Assembly (NCBI GenBank): GCA_951406725.2
Contig: OX597814.1
Location: 200,384,001-200,448,000, forward strand
Direction of reading: 5' to 3'
Origin: Octopus vulgaris
Lineage: Eukaryota
DNA: 64,000 nucleotides
Under the pieces are notes generated by a model. That model worked only from the letters and a program-made list of their open reading frames with translations, searched no databases and was not told the origin of the DNA. The position numbers and the translations under genes were made by a program. This document shows, one piece after another, positions 14,226 to 27,085 of the stretch; position 1 is the stretch's first letter; each line of letters begins with the position of its first letter.

Positions 14226-16451
14226 TAGCTGCCATCTTATTCTTATTCTAGCTACCACACTCTGCGCATTCTTCCCCACCATTACTACTACTACAATTAC
14301 TACTTATTATTATTATTGTTGTTGTTGTTATGTTACTGCATGGTAATTCAGTTATTTTAGTCATCATCATCATCGCATGTACAATATGAAAGAAATTTAT
14401 CACAATTATCTGAAAGTAAAACCATTTAACTGAAAGAAACCGAATCATCTTTAACCTCAGTACAAGAGTAACAAATACAATTCTGTAGTTGGATGCTTCT
14501 GGATCTTACGTGAAGTAAGAAATTTAATATTTCCAATTTACCAATTGTTATTAACTAAACTACTAGAATGTGCTAGTAATATACTTTTTCCTATTTTTCT
14601 CTAGAACCCTTCGGCTTGCAAAGTTTGCCTCATCTCAAAGAAAGTTATAATTCAATGTAAGCTTACCACACACATGCAAGACTACTGGAGATTTCTATGA
14701 ATTATATTCACAAATAAAGAAAATGAAAACACAAAAAACTTTTGTACTTATGTCTCATATACTTCTAAAGGATGAAATATATATTTGTATTCTTCCTTTC
14801 ATATGATTAGTATACAGGCCCTAATTATGTATATTTGACATGACAGACGTAACTCTTCTATTTCCTCCATTGACTTACAGGATTTTGATAGATCATCTAT
14901 AATGGAATAGACAATCTGTTCAATTGTATACATTTCCTTTTTTACTGTCGACACACCTTTTATCTCAGTATATACAGTTTTAAGTTAGTAGCTTCTGAAT
15001 AGTTATCATGACACTATATTGCCATAATAGGAACAGGCAAGCCAATATTCTATTTTGTTACCAGGGAATAAAACTACAGAGTTGTCTGTGAAATGTTGCT
15101 TGAAGACAATATTCATAATGATAGAAAAAAAAAATCTGAGCAAAATATTGGTTTAGTTATTTTTATTCTCTTGTTTTCAGTCATACAAAGAAATTATTTA
15201 TTTTACTCAGTAACACATATATAAAGACACACACACACACACACAAGTATACATAAGTATGTATTTACAATTATGTTATAAAATTAGGTGAGCCGAGTTG
15301 AACAGCATTGGGACAAAAAAGAGCAGTTAGCAGAAAAAGACTGCAAGGAAAATACTGTTAGCAGATTAACATTTGAAGGAAAATTTGAAAATGGAATTCT
15401 GAAAGGGCATTATTCCAGGGGAAGGAAATATGATAAAATTTTCAGGATATAGTGTCTCGGATAAATAAAATAATGGCTGAAAAGAGTAGTACATGGGTCT
15501 TGTTTAACCTCAGATCTGCCCTGATGAAGAAGAATTATCATCAAAGACATACAACCATGATCTTCCTGTCTTTTTTACTATACCTAGGATCACGTCATCC
15601 AATATTTCATTTTTTTTTTTTGAGATGATATGAGGGAGATTTGTTGGTTGTTGTTCAGTGTTGTACATCAGTTAAAGATATACACACACACACACACTGA
15701 GCTTATGCACAATTCCTATCAAATTCCACTCATTAGGTATTGGTCAGCAGTGTCTTAAAGTGTGATTGAACCTGGGCCCACACCACTGTGCAACAAAACT
15801 TTTTTATCACGCAGCCTAGCCCCCTCTCATATAATTTTTCTTTCCTCATCTTTTTTCTTTTCTTTGTACATAAAACAACTACACCATATGACTGAAATAG
15901 CGATACTGTCAGGAAAGAAGGAATAAAGTTATTCTCACAGCTAGCTCTAGTTCATCAGACAAACATGAAGGTAGCTATTTAAATGCTGCTTGGGGGATGT
16001 CATACAAATTCAATATATCATTTATTTCTTAACTTTCCATTACTTTTGCCAAAATGCTAAAACTACTCATTTCACCATCATTTCTGTGATAAAAGAGGCA
16101 ATTTGACAGTTGCTGCATTTGAGTCCCAAATTGGAAAAGGCAAAACTATTGCTACTACTGCTTCTAAAAATAAGTTAAACTCAGAGAAGTAATAATCTGA
16201 AGTTAATGTTTTACTATTCTGTTAACCCTCCTGGATTGTGAAGTTGTAGGCATTGGTTTTTGCACCCCAGAGCAATTAATAATCCACATCTAATTATAAA
16301 AACATTATTTCAAGGAACTACTTAATTCATTTGACAGGCACCAGATAGGTTAATGACCTTAAATTTTATCTCATCTCAAAATGACAATAATACTGTGACA
16401 GCTATTTCAGCTAACAAAATGAGAGCAGAGTGGGCGAGAGAGGTAAATTTA

Positions 16452-16455
<4 letters not shown>

Positions 16456-16504
<49 letters not shown>
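16456..16504. repeat. (TA)n microsatellite
   Basis: About 24 TA units, inside the CATSPERE remnant. Confidence 0.95.
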
Positions 16505-16506
<2 letters not shown>

Positions 16507-17585
16507 AGACAGAAAAGAAGATTTTGAACAAGTGCCATCGGAATTATTTTCAAAATATATATAAATAAAATCCATAGTGCATCATAGAAAACATGACTAC
16601 TGCTAAGCGAAGTTGGCATCTACTCATACTTTTTTTGGGCTATCAACATAAAAATTAAATATTGTGATGGCAAACATCCATTGTTAGGGAAACAGTCAAA
16701 TATCCTGTCAAACTGTGCTATAACACAGCATTAAATAAAAGCAAGGAATGTTAAATTACAGTATTATAAGTCCAAAATTCACATTCCTGACAACTTTAGA
16801 TTGAAATATGAATTGCTCAATTTATAGAATTTAAACTCTGACAGAAATCCACTTGAATGGAAAAAATGAAAAGATCTTGTTTGCAGATAAACTAAACTGA
16901 TATACAGATATCATATAAAAATTCAACTGGACTAAAAAATTTATAACTGTCATTCAAAAATAGCAGTACAATGCAGCAACATTAGGTTAAGGTATTAAGA
17001 AAATATTTTAACACATTTTTGTAAAGACAAAATTCAAGTTAACTGATTTCACCTATTTGTGAAAAGAAAGGCCATCTTTCTTCAAAAATTATTTATTTTC
17101 TCTTGTACTCCTTAGAATATTACCCAAGCCTCCACCTCAAGCTAACTCTGTTTTATACAATAGAATGTATTTAATGATAGTGTTTTAAGAATGCTACACT
17201 AGTTTCTAAGTATTGTTAAAACCACATTATATTTTATTGTTTTTAATTATTTCACTCATTGGACTGCAGCCACCTTGAAGTATTTAATCAAACAAACTAA
17301 TCTATATTCTACAGGTCTCTTTTTCCGCACTGCTAAGTCATGAGGACATAAGCAAACCAGTACTGGTTGCCTAGCAGTGACAGAGGACACAGATACACAC
17401 ACAACAGGCTTCTGTGCAGTTTCCATCTAGTAAATTCATTCATAAAACATTGGCTAACCAAGAGCTTTAGTAGGAGACATTTGCTTAGGGTGCTGTGCTG
17501 TGAGACTGAACCTGAAATCATGTGGTTGAAAAGCAAGCCTCTTAGGTACAGGCATGGTTGTGTAGCTATCAGAACATTTTCTTAA

Positions 17586-17778
17586 CCCTTTAGCATTCAG
17601 ATTACTCTATCAAATACAATGTTTATTTATTCACATAAATTTTGAATTAATCATGCATTATCTCCTACTTTTGAGGTTTTGATGATGTGAGTACTTAGTT
17701 TTGGAATGACATTGTAGTATTAGTGTGAGAGGCTAAATCTGGCCAATTTGAACATAAAATGGTTTAAATGCCAGAGGG
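17586..17778. mobile_element. piggyBac-type MITE
   Basis: TTAA at 17582-17585 and 17779-17782 flanks TIRs CCCTTTAGCATT / AATGCCAGAGGG. Confidence 0.7.
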
Positions 17779-18037
17779 TTAAATAATTTTAAAATATTGA
17801 AACTTTAGATTATATATTCTATATATTACACTGATATTATTTCTGAAATTTGTATTGAATCATTTCATGAGTAATATTTATAAAAGACATGAGAGTTGGT
17901 GGAGGGTGGGGATATCATCAAGAGATTATTATGAATAAAACAGAATGGAATAGTGTAAATAAGCAGATAGTTTATAATAAGTAGAAAAACAGAAAGAAAG
18001 AAAATAGGTGAATATGACTGATTAATAACCACCTAAA

Positions 18038-21000
18038 ATGTCTCGTGTAAGATGTATTTACTACATTACATAACTTGGGTGTATCAATATTGAAAGTTCT
18101 TGAGATATTTTTAGAAATAGTCTAATTTAATGACTAAAGATTATTCTAAAGTTGGAGATTCTTTAAACTTTGTGGTAAGACAGCTGAAGGCGAAAGGAAA
18201 AACTGTAAGAATGTTGTCTGCATAATTGCTAAAATCACTCAACATGTTGATATTAATGACAGTTTTGAAACAAACAAACAAACAAAAAAACAGAAAAGAA
18301 AGAAGAAAAACTATTATCTTTATATTACTGTATAGAAAATCTAAACAGTGAATATGTATTCTTATGGTTAATATTTCCTTTCAAAAGTTTATATTATAGT
18401 TCTTGAAACCAGAAACCTCTCCAAAACATTTATCTTGTCAATTTCAACATTAACAGCACCACTCACTTACCAACACCCAGAACTACTACAACTACTAAAA
18501 ATTTAAACTTTTAGAAGCATTCCAGGAAGAACCAACAAAAAAGTGTATATAGTAAAAATTGCATCTAGATAACAACTGACTTTAAAACAATAGATACTAG
18601 ATTTAAACTCCAGGATACAATATGTATATACTACTATCATTGGCAAATGTCAAATATTTTGCTATTGTTGCACTTATTTAATTTTATTTCCTAATTTTAA
18701 ACTAACATGGTATGATAAATTTGTAGATTAGAAAGAATGCCTTATTCTACTGAGTACAGAAGTTAAAGGAAAGTGGAGGTGACCTTATTTTCTTTTGTTT
18801 TGGAAGCCCATCGAGAATAAGATTAATTTACCCATATCCTGCTATGCATGTGAATCTATCTCATGTGACACAAGCTTTCAGAGACAGAATTGCTCTTCCA
18901 GTTTATGCCACCAGATCCACAAGAAACTCAAGATGAGTGAGAATGTTGCTTCTATAATAAGAGGCAAAAGATCCTTAAAAAAGTTACATCATTCCTTTAA
19001 AATATTTAAGTTTGTGTAAAAAAATTTTTTTTATATGGTTAGCTTCTCTCCAAGTACAATAATTTACATAACAAAAGCCTTTGTCCAAGATTTACTGGCT
19101 GCCAGGATCAGGAATGTGCACTACACTAGTTCTGAGATCAAAGCTACTTCTTTGTAGTCAAGCTATTTATCAAAACTTTGGAGCCACTCTCTGAATAAGG
19201 TAAAATTCAGAATCCTAAGAAACTGATACAGGTGTTTGCCAGCAACTGTTGTAATTTGGAGGGTTGTTGGGAGGTGATATACACAGTTGCCATGGCAATA
19301 GCAACCATTTCAAGTTACTGAGCATAAATGCATAGATATTAGCTCACTAGCAGTTCATGTGCATTTTAAACAGGTTTTAATTAAAATTTGTGATCTAGTC
19401 TTGTGTTGTGGAACCTTGTAGAAAGCCAGTCTAGACATTTCCTAATTTGAAGCAATGAGACTGAATGGCTGTGTACAATCAGATCTAGTGAACAAATGTG
19501 ACTTTTGAATGGTATTGTAAGGGATATGAAAAAATGATTCATTTCTCATAGAAATCCATCCAAAATTATGAATTTGAACATCATCTCATACTAGAATGGA
19601 AGCATATGAAAAATAAACAGCAGCCTAATATAGCATTCCTTTCTCATGTTGATAGTAATTCACTTAACCGTTATTAGTTATCTTGCTAATCAGTTTAATT
19701 AGCTTAGTTTCTTTCCTAAGGCATGTTTGTTCTTTTTGGCTTTATTTTCTTTGAATTACATCAGACTTTGCAGTGTTGATGAGCAACAATAAAATAGGAG
19801 AGGGTGGATTTATTGCTGAATGGCTTTAATGATTTCTGCTTAGTAGGAAGAATATTACCGAGAAGAATATTTTATTGGCTAGAATTTCAGCAGCAGAAAG
19901 TGGGGAAAGAGAAATCTATATTGTTTTGAGAAAACAAACCTGCTGATCTAATGATTATTAAGAAAAGGCAACATTTGGGCTTCAATTAATCATATCATTT
20001 TCCTGATGTCTGCAACAGTTTAATGCAACAATCATTTAAAAATAAATAAATGAGAAAGCCAAAAACAAAAGAGAGTAAAAATAGAACCAATAAACGTAAC
20101 AGAGTATCAATTATTTGTGGGCAGAAACATTAATTTAGTCAATGGCAGCAAAATAGCAGGAAAAAAGGATAATTAGATTAATTATAATGAAAACGAGAAG
20201 GGAAAATAGGGAAAGAGGATGAAAAGAAATGAAAGTTAATGAGAGTAAAAAGGAGTAAAAAATGAAAAAAAAATATAATAAAAACAACAACAAGAATAAT
20301 AATGATTTCTAATATTGGCACAAGATTACACATTTTGGTAGAAGGTAGAGCCAATTATATCGACCCCAGTACTAGACTGGTATTTATTCTATTGATTCTA
20401 AATAGAAAGTCAACCATGAAGAGATCTGAACTCAAAAGAGACATCCAATACAACTGTTAATAATAATTGTAATAATTTCTAGCTTTAATACAAGGACTCA
20501 GACTCCAATATTTGATTTGGTTAATTTTATCAACTCTGCCCACTATGTCAAAACAGTACCAATAATTTGTGCATTAGATACAATGAATTAAAACAAGAAT
20601 TAAAAAAAAAAAACATTGCAGTTCCACAACTTTACACAGACTAACTGAAACAAACAACCTTACATAGCACAGGACACAGACTATTTTCAATTCAATAGTG
20701 ATTCTAATAGCCAACACTCTACACAGTCATCTCTTATATTGTAAAAGCTTTCTCACTAAATGTGAGCATCATTGGAATGCTGCAACAATAATAAAATGAA
20801 CACAGAATATTATTTACTAGCACTATAACCCGACAACACCGGGTCAGAGTGCTACTGCATGCATATACAGCTGCGTGCATGCACACATACACGCGAGTAC
20901 TGTCCAAATCTCTGACGAATCACATACAGCTAGCTGGCATTCAATTGGTGTATTAAGTTTCGAGCATTTTGATTGGGTTTTGGATAGAAAATTCACAAAA

Positions 21001-24000
21001 AAGTCGCTTCTATTGATTTTTTAATGGCTCTGCGGGGTGACTGGAGAAATGTAAAGATGTGCACGACCACCCTTGGACGGTTTTGAATGACCATAGAAAG
21101 TGCGAGCCCTCTAACTGAAAAATTGTGGATTTGTATAAAGGACACACATGTACAGACATTTTGCCATTTATATATATAGAGATAACACAAAAAAAATTTC
21201 ACACATGTTAGAGGCACCAGAAACAGCAAAATACATAACTAAAACTATCTGACACCTTCAAAATATGTGGTAATTAATTTGGAAAAAAATAAAAGAGACA
21301 TGCAGTAATATTCAGTAATAATATGTAGAGAGCATCCTGATAAGAATACTATAAATGTCTGGGCACACAATAAATTAAATAATATTCTAGACAGAAAGAT
21401 AAAGACAAGCATGTCAGACACATATTTAACAAGGCTGAAATTGCTACTGAAGCGCAAGGTAGATTCCAGAAATTTAATGAGACACCAACAGCTAGGCCAC
21501 AGCAGCAATTTGCTACAGTAGTCATCCTTAATTGGACTAAGGAGATCATAGAAGACATTGATAAAAATACCCACAACCTGAGAGAGTACAAAGCACAGCA
21601 TCCATCAGAATTTGTGGTTCTCTTGTAAATGGAATGAAAGAATGGAGATTGAAAAGTAATCAGGGTTGAAGAATGTGCTGCAAACATAGATCATTAGATT
21701 GATACTTGGTCAGTAACAAAGAACTGCTCTTGTAGTATATTTACAAAAATCAGTAACTTGCTTAAAGAGAGTATTGAGAACAACAACACTGTAGTGCACC
21801 TGAGCACTGTATACGATAAGTTCATTATTATTATTGTTATTATTAAAGTGGAGAGATGGCAGAAACTTTAGCACGCCGGGCGAAATGCTTAGCAGTATTT
21901 CGTCAGCTGTTATGTTCTGAGTTCAAATTCCGACTAGGTTAACTTTGCCTTTCATCCTTTTGGGGTCGATAAATTAAGTACCAGTTATGCACTGGGGTCG
22001 CTGTAATCGATTTAATCCCTTTGTCTGTCCCCACTATGTTTAGCCCCTTGTGGGCAATAAAAACATTTTTTTTAAATAAAAAAATAACTATGTTCTGAGT
22101 TCAAATTCTGCTGAGGTCAACTTTGCCTTTCATCTTTTCAGGGTCAATAAATTAAGTACCAGTTACGCACTAGGGTTGATGTAATCAATTATGTCCCTCT
22201 CCCAAATTTCAAGCTTTGTGCCTATAAGGAAATGCATAAATATAAGCAAAAGAAATCAAATATAATTGTGTGGTGTGGAGTTTACTTCCCAAAAACTTGG
22301 TTCTAGGCTCAGTCCCACTGTGTGGTTCCTTGGGCAAGTGTCTTCTACTATATCCCATTGGGCTGGCCATGGTCTTGTGAGTGGGCTTGGTAGAAAGAAA
22401 CTGAAAGAAGCCCACTGGGTGTGTGTTTGTTCCCCACTACTGCTTGACAACTGGTGTTGGTGTGTTTACATCCCCATAACAGTGGTTTGGCAAAAGAGAC
22501 AAACAATAGATACCAGGTTTTAAAAAAATTAGTACTGGGGTTGATTCATTCAACTAAAATACTTCAAGGCTGTGCTCCATCATGGCCATGGTCTAATGAC
22601 TGGAAAAAGCAAAAGATAAATGAAGGTTATGTAGTGAGACAGTGGAGAAAGCAGCATATTATAAATGCCTATAAAATGCTCGTAGAGTGAGAGGGGGGGG
22701 AGAGAGAGAGAGAGAGAGAAAGAGAGTGTGTTTACAAATCGGAGCCTGTTTGGTAAAACCATATGGCTTTATTGTGTGTGGGGAGAGCCATTCTCTTTTA
22801 GTGCCTTATTATTCAACACACTCACTGGTTTGATTTCCACTCATTTACTTATTTATTTATTTATAGACCAGAAATAATACCAACTTGTACTTGACAGGAT
22901 GAACATGCACATGTTTTGTGTGGAATTTAGAATACAAATTAAGTAATAGAGCAACAGCAACCAGATGTTCTTGTAGCAGACAAAGACATGTGCAAGTGTT
23001 ACATTGTTAATGAAGCTATATGAAACAACCATAATATTGCTAGCAAAGAACACAAAAAAAAACAAACTGGTAAGTATTTGAAGCTCTGATTAGAAATCTC
23101 AGGAATGTGAAACATAAGAACTAAAGCAATGCTCTTAGCTTGTCTTAATCTTGAAACACACATGCTTTTTCAATTCCTTAGGAGTCCCTTGAAGAGAAAA
23201 TAGTTTGTTTTATGGGCACCAAAATGAATAGAATAGTTACACCAAAATGAATAGAATTGTCATTTAAATATTTTTGAAATGGACATAAAACTGTAAAAGA
23301 TGATAATTTCTTCATCACATTGTATCAGATTGAGAGTAACCTCTAAATGGGCGTGTGGTTCCTGATTCCATCTAATAATCTGATGTAAAGGCCATAAATT
23401 ACAGTTATCAATTTTTTTCCTGACATGGTTGATGCATTCCACTCACTCTGAGGATTCCATATTCCCATTGAAGAATTTCAGGTAGAGTTCATTACTATCA
23501 ATTAAACGTCCATAATATTTTTGACAGATGACAAATTGTTTTTATTGCACAAAATCTAGAAGACACCTTAAAGAAATTCTTAAATGTTATTGCTCATCGA
23601 TCTAGCAAAACCCAAATCCTAAACTTTGTTGTTAAAACAGCGTTAATAATAATTATTTCTACTATAGGCATGAAGTCTGAAATTTCAGATGGTGGGGCAT
23701 TTAATTGATTACATGAACCCTAATACTTAACTGGTACTGTATTTTATCAACCCCCAAATTTGAACTCAGAATGTAAAGGATGAAATGCCATGAAGCATTT
23801 TGCTAATGTTTCTGACAGCTTGCTGTCTTAATAATCATGATTTCAAATTTTGCCACAAGGGCAGCTTCATGGAGGGGGTTAAGTCAATTACATTGACCCT
23901 AGTGCCTTGGTGGAATTTGAACTCATAACATAGTGGCAGACAAAATACTGCTAAGCATTTTCCCTGGCACGCTAAGGATTCTGCCAGCTTGCCACCTTTG

Positions 24001-24200
24001 CCTTAATACTAATACAACTACTAATAATAATAATGAAGGTTATACTAAGGGGTACCTCACATATTTTACATAAGTTCATTTCCATACAAATGCAAACATT
24101 CAGTGTTATTTCAAATTCTATGAAGGGGTTGTTCTTTTTTTGTTTTACACACAGGCATAAGTTTGTATTTCAATTGCATGGCACCTCATCTTTTTGCATC
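18038..24200 (+). pseudogene. CATSPERD: Decayed CatSper auxiliary subunit delta (TMEM146)
   Basis: Anchors: GDSLNF (18154-18171; GDRLYF); CKNVVCIIAK..DSFET (18204-18272; CEKNIALYLGK..DNFET); KVYIIVLE (18384-18407; KVYIYDYE); HSLNK (~19185; HPLNR); DFAVL..G (~19764; ELAVI..G); T..KEI..D (21515-21560; T..KEISCVD); QQQPDVLV (~22952; QQSSEDLHV); PIEEFQV (~23464; PDVQYQI); IIF then IVF after a frameshift (23512-23545; IIF..YVF). ATG 18038 is a tentative start. Confidence 0.7.
20817..21182 (-). mobile_element. Non-autonomous Helitron
   Basis: Minus strand starts TC(TCTATATATATAAATGGC) at 21182 and ends CTAG at 20817, preceded by hairpin acccg-acaacac-cgggt (~20828-20844). Inserted between A and T with no TSD. 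Confidence 0.8.
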
Positions 24201-25719
24201 TTTAGATACAAGAGCTTGTCCCTTGATATACCTGGTTGAAATTTAGGTGCAGCTTGTATAAATTAAAGCAAAAGGAAAACATTGAAAGCAAAAAGATTAA
24301 CAATAATTGTTTCTGATTTAGGCAACAGTTTAAAGAGTGTTGGTCAACACCATCAACCATTTGTGAGATTTGAACTGAGAATATGTGCTGCTGAAACAAC
24401 CATAAAACATTTTATCTGATGCTCTAATGAGTCTGCCAATACAGCACACTAATAATAATGGCTTCAGATTAAGATATAAGACTAACAGTCTCAAAGGGAG
24501 GGATGATACCAGTAGATAACTGGTACTTTATTTTGTCAATTCTGAAAGCCTGAAATGCCAAACTAAACTCAAAATCTATTTGAACCCACTAAAGCTGGTA
24601 CAAATACCACATAATCATTACAGTGATTCTACCAGTTGACTACCCTAATAATAATTCTTTCTACTATAAGTACAAGGCTTGAAAGTTTGAAGGGGGATGT
24701 GGGGAGGAGTGCTAGTCAATTACATCACCCATGGCCTTCCAGCGCTCAACTGGTAATTAGTTTAATGACTTCAAAAGGATGAAAGATAGAGTCAACCTTA
24801 GCAGAATGCCACGAAACATTTCTCCCAGTGTACCAACAATTCTGCCAGCTAATTGCCTAATGATAATGATGGTTTCAAATTTTTGGTGTAAGGCCAGGAA
24901 ATTTTGGGGTGGGGTGGGGAGTAAGTTGACAATATTGACCCCAGGGATTAACTGGTACTTATTTTATTAACCTTGAAAGGATGAAAGGCAAAGTTAATCT
25001 TGGCAGATTTTGAACTCAAAACGTGACATTGGACAAAATTCTGCTAGGTATTTTGTCTGGCATACTAACAATTCTGCTAGCTTGCTGCTTTAATAATAAT
25101 AACAGCAGTAATTTCTATGATAATAACTGATAGTAACAGACTTGTCTTTAACTGCTTGCTATGTTTATAGATGAGACACAACAGTTCCTATATTTATCCA
25201 AAATCAGTCGGTAGGTTTTCAGTGAAGATAACAAAATTTCTTAAGAGAAAATTCAATAAATTTGATTCTTCTCAGATATAGACTCTAGGCTCCTGAGATT
25301 TTAAGAATTCAAGAGCAATAAATAATAAAATGAAAATTCAATGAATAATAAATACTTGGATATACAACTACTCACAACTGAATTTCTTATCAAAACTAAA
25401 ACTTTACAACTCTTTTATGAAATTGAAATTATATATATATTATATATATATATATATTTACTCCTTTCACAAGATAGTTGAAGGCAAGTAGGGTGAAATT
25501 TTTTCCACATGATCATCATCATCCACATCTTAGATTTGTTTTTCTACAATTGCTTATTTTGGACAGGTATTCTTCAGCATAACATCTTAGCATTTATTGA
25601 GGTACTTTCTTCAAGAGGTTTAGTCTGTTTCGATATACCTCTACCACATCTTCCTATGTTTTTTTCTGCTTTTCTCTTCAATAGGTTCATTCAAGTGGGA
25701 TTATTTGGCACTCCTGTAT

Positions 25720-26370
25720 CAAATTTCCATCCTTTTGTATGCATTGCATGTCCTTAGAAGCACAGTCTTCTTTCTTATACACCACAGCTAAATCTTCCTA
25801 TACCCAATTTTTCTCTAAGTTAACTTTGTTTTTCTCGAACAATAACATTACATATCCAGGAAAAACTAATTTCTCTTGATCACACATCCCCTACATTCAT
25901 TATTCATATTTTGCTACCATGCAATAACATACTCCATACACAAGCATCATGCAATCTGTTTTCATTTGGAGAAATAATCACTGTTGTCAACAGACATAAT
26001 TGCTCATTGAATTTATTCCAACCATTCTTCTTCTGGTTCTTATGCTTTTGGAGTACCCACTTCCACTGCTAGTCAAGTCACCCAAGTAACAGAATCTATT
26101 AAGTAGTCCTGGAATTTGAAAAAAATTCATTCTATAGACTGTTCTTACTGGAAAATATTTTGCACATAAAAATATGTACAGAAATACCATTTTGTACTAT
26201 TTAGTAATATGTATAAGATCTTCTTTCTGCCTGTGATCCCAGTGCTTCTCTTGTGTGCGAACAGTTTACACTGGGTCCATGATTTACAATTCCTACCTTC
26301 TCATCCTTTTCAACATATTGATCATGATCACTTCCTAGATGGTAGAAAACTGGCCTCTTGCATCCAAACT
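25720..26370 (-). mobile_element. RTE LINE fragment inserted in CATSPER2 remnant
   Basis: ORF 25987-26190 FCYLGDLTSSGSGYSKSIRTR matches the RTE F.YLG..I..GG motif. Confidence 0.7.
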
Positions 26371-26674
26371 AATTCAATTTTAGTATTATTACCTCTGTAA
26401 TTGAAAATGTAATATGACTTTTATTATTCGAGTATCTTTATGTTTCATTATGATACTCTTAATACTGCAAATAATCACACTTAAAAAACTTCTTATCCAA
26501 AAGTGCCTTCAGATTTTAAGGTCTAGATTTCTGTGACATAAGTTGCAATTGGGTGATTAAGGACATTGTGTAGTCCATCTTTCCTGTTCCAGATTGAGTG
26601 TCTTAGTCCTCCAAATACTGTAGATTCTAGCATAATCTATCTTTTCATATCTTCTGATCTATTAGCATATTACA

Positions 26675-27085
26675 AGAAGGTGGCGAGCTGGCAGACACGT
26701 TAGCACGCTGGATGAAATGCTTAACGATATTTCGTCAGCCGCTACGTTCTGAGTTCAAATTCCGTTGAGGTCGACTTTGCCTTTCATCCTCTCGGGGTCA
26801 ATAAATTAAGTACCAGATACGCACTGGGGTCGATGTAATCGACTTAATCCGTTTGTCTGTCCTTGTTTGTCCCCTCTATGTTTAGCCCCTTGTGGGCAAT
26901 AAAGAAACAGATATTTCGTCAGCCGCTACGTTCTGAGTTCAAATTCCGTTGAGGTCGACTTTGCCTTTCATCCTCTCGGGGTCAATTAAATAAGTACCAG
27001 TTACACACTAGGGTCGATATAATCGACTTAATCCATTTGTCTGTCGTCTCTGTGTTTAGCCCCTTGTGGGTAGTAAAGAAATAAG
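26675..27085 (+). mobile_element. Young internally duplicated SINE family A copy
   Basis: 26727-26910 and 26911-27084 are near-identical tandem units; possible TSD tattaca (26668-26674 / 27086-27092); CpGs retained. Confidence 0.85.

Noticed and set aside
14605-14656. EPFGL match to CATSPERB in an alternative frame
   Set aside because: Out of order with the beta anchors at 36918-48400; another frame fits CATSPERE collinearly
15515-15560. CTGATGA hammerhead-like start
   Set aside because: No GAAA at suitable spacing and no stems; part of a recurring interspersed repeat also seen near 9200 and 42700
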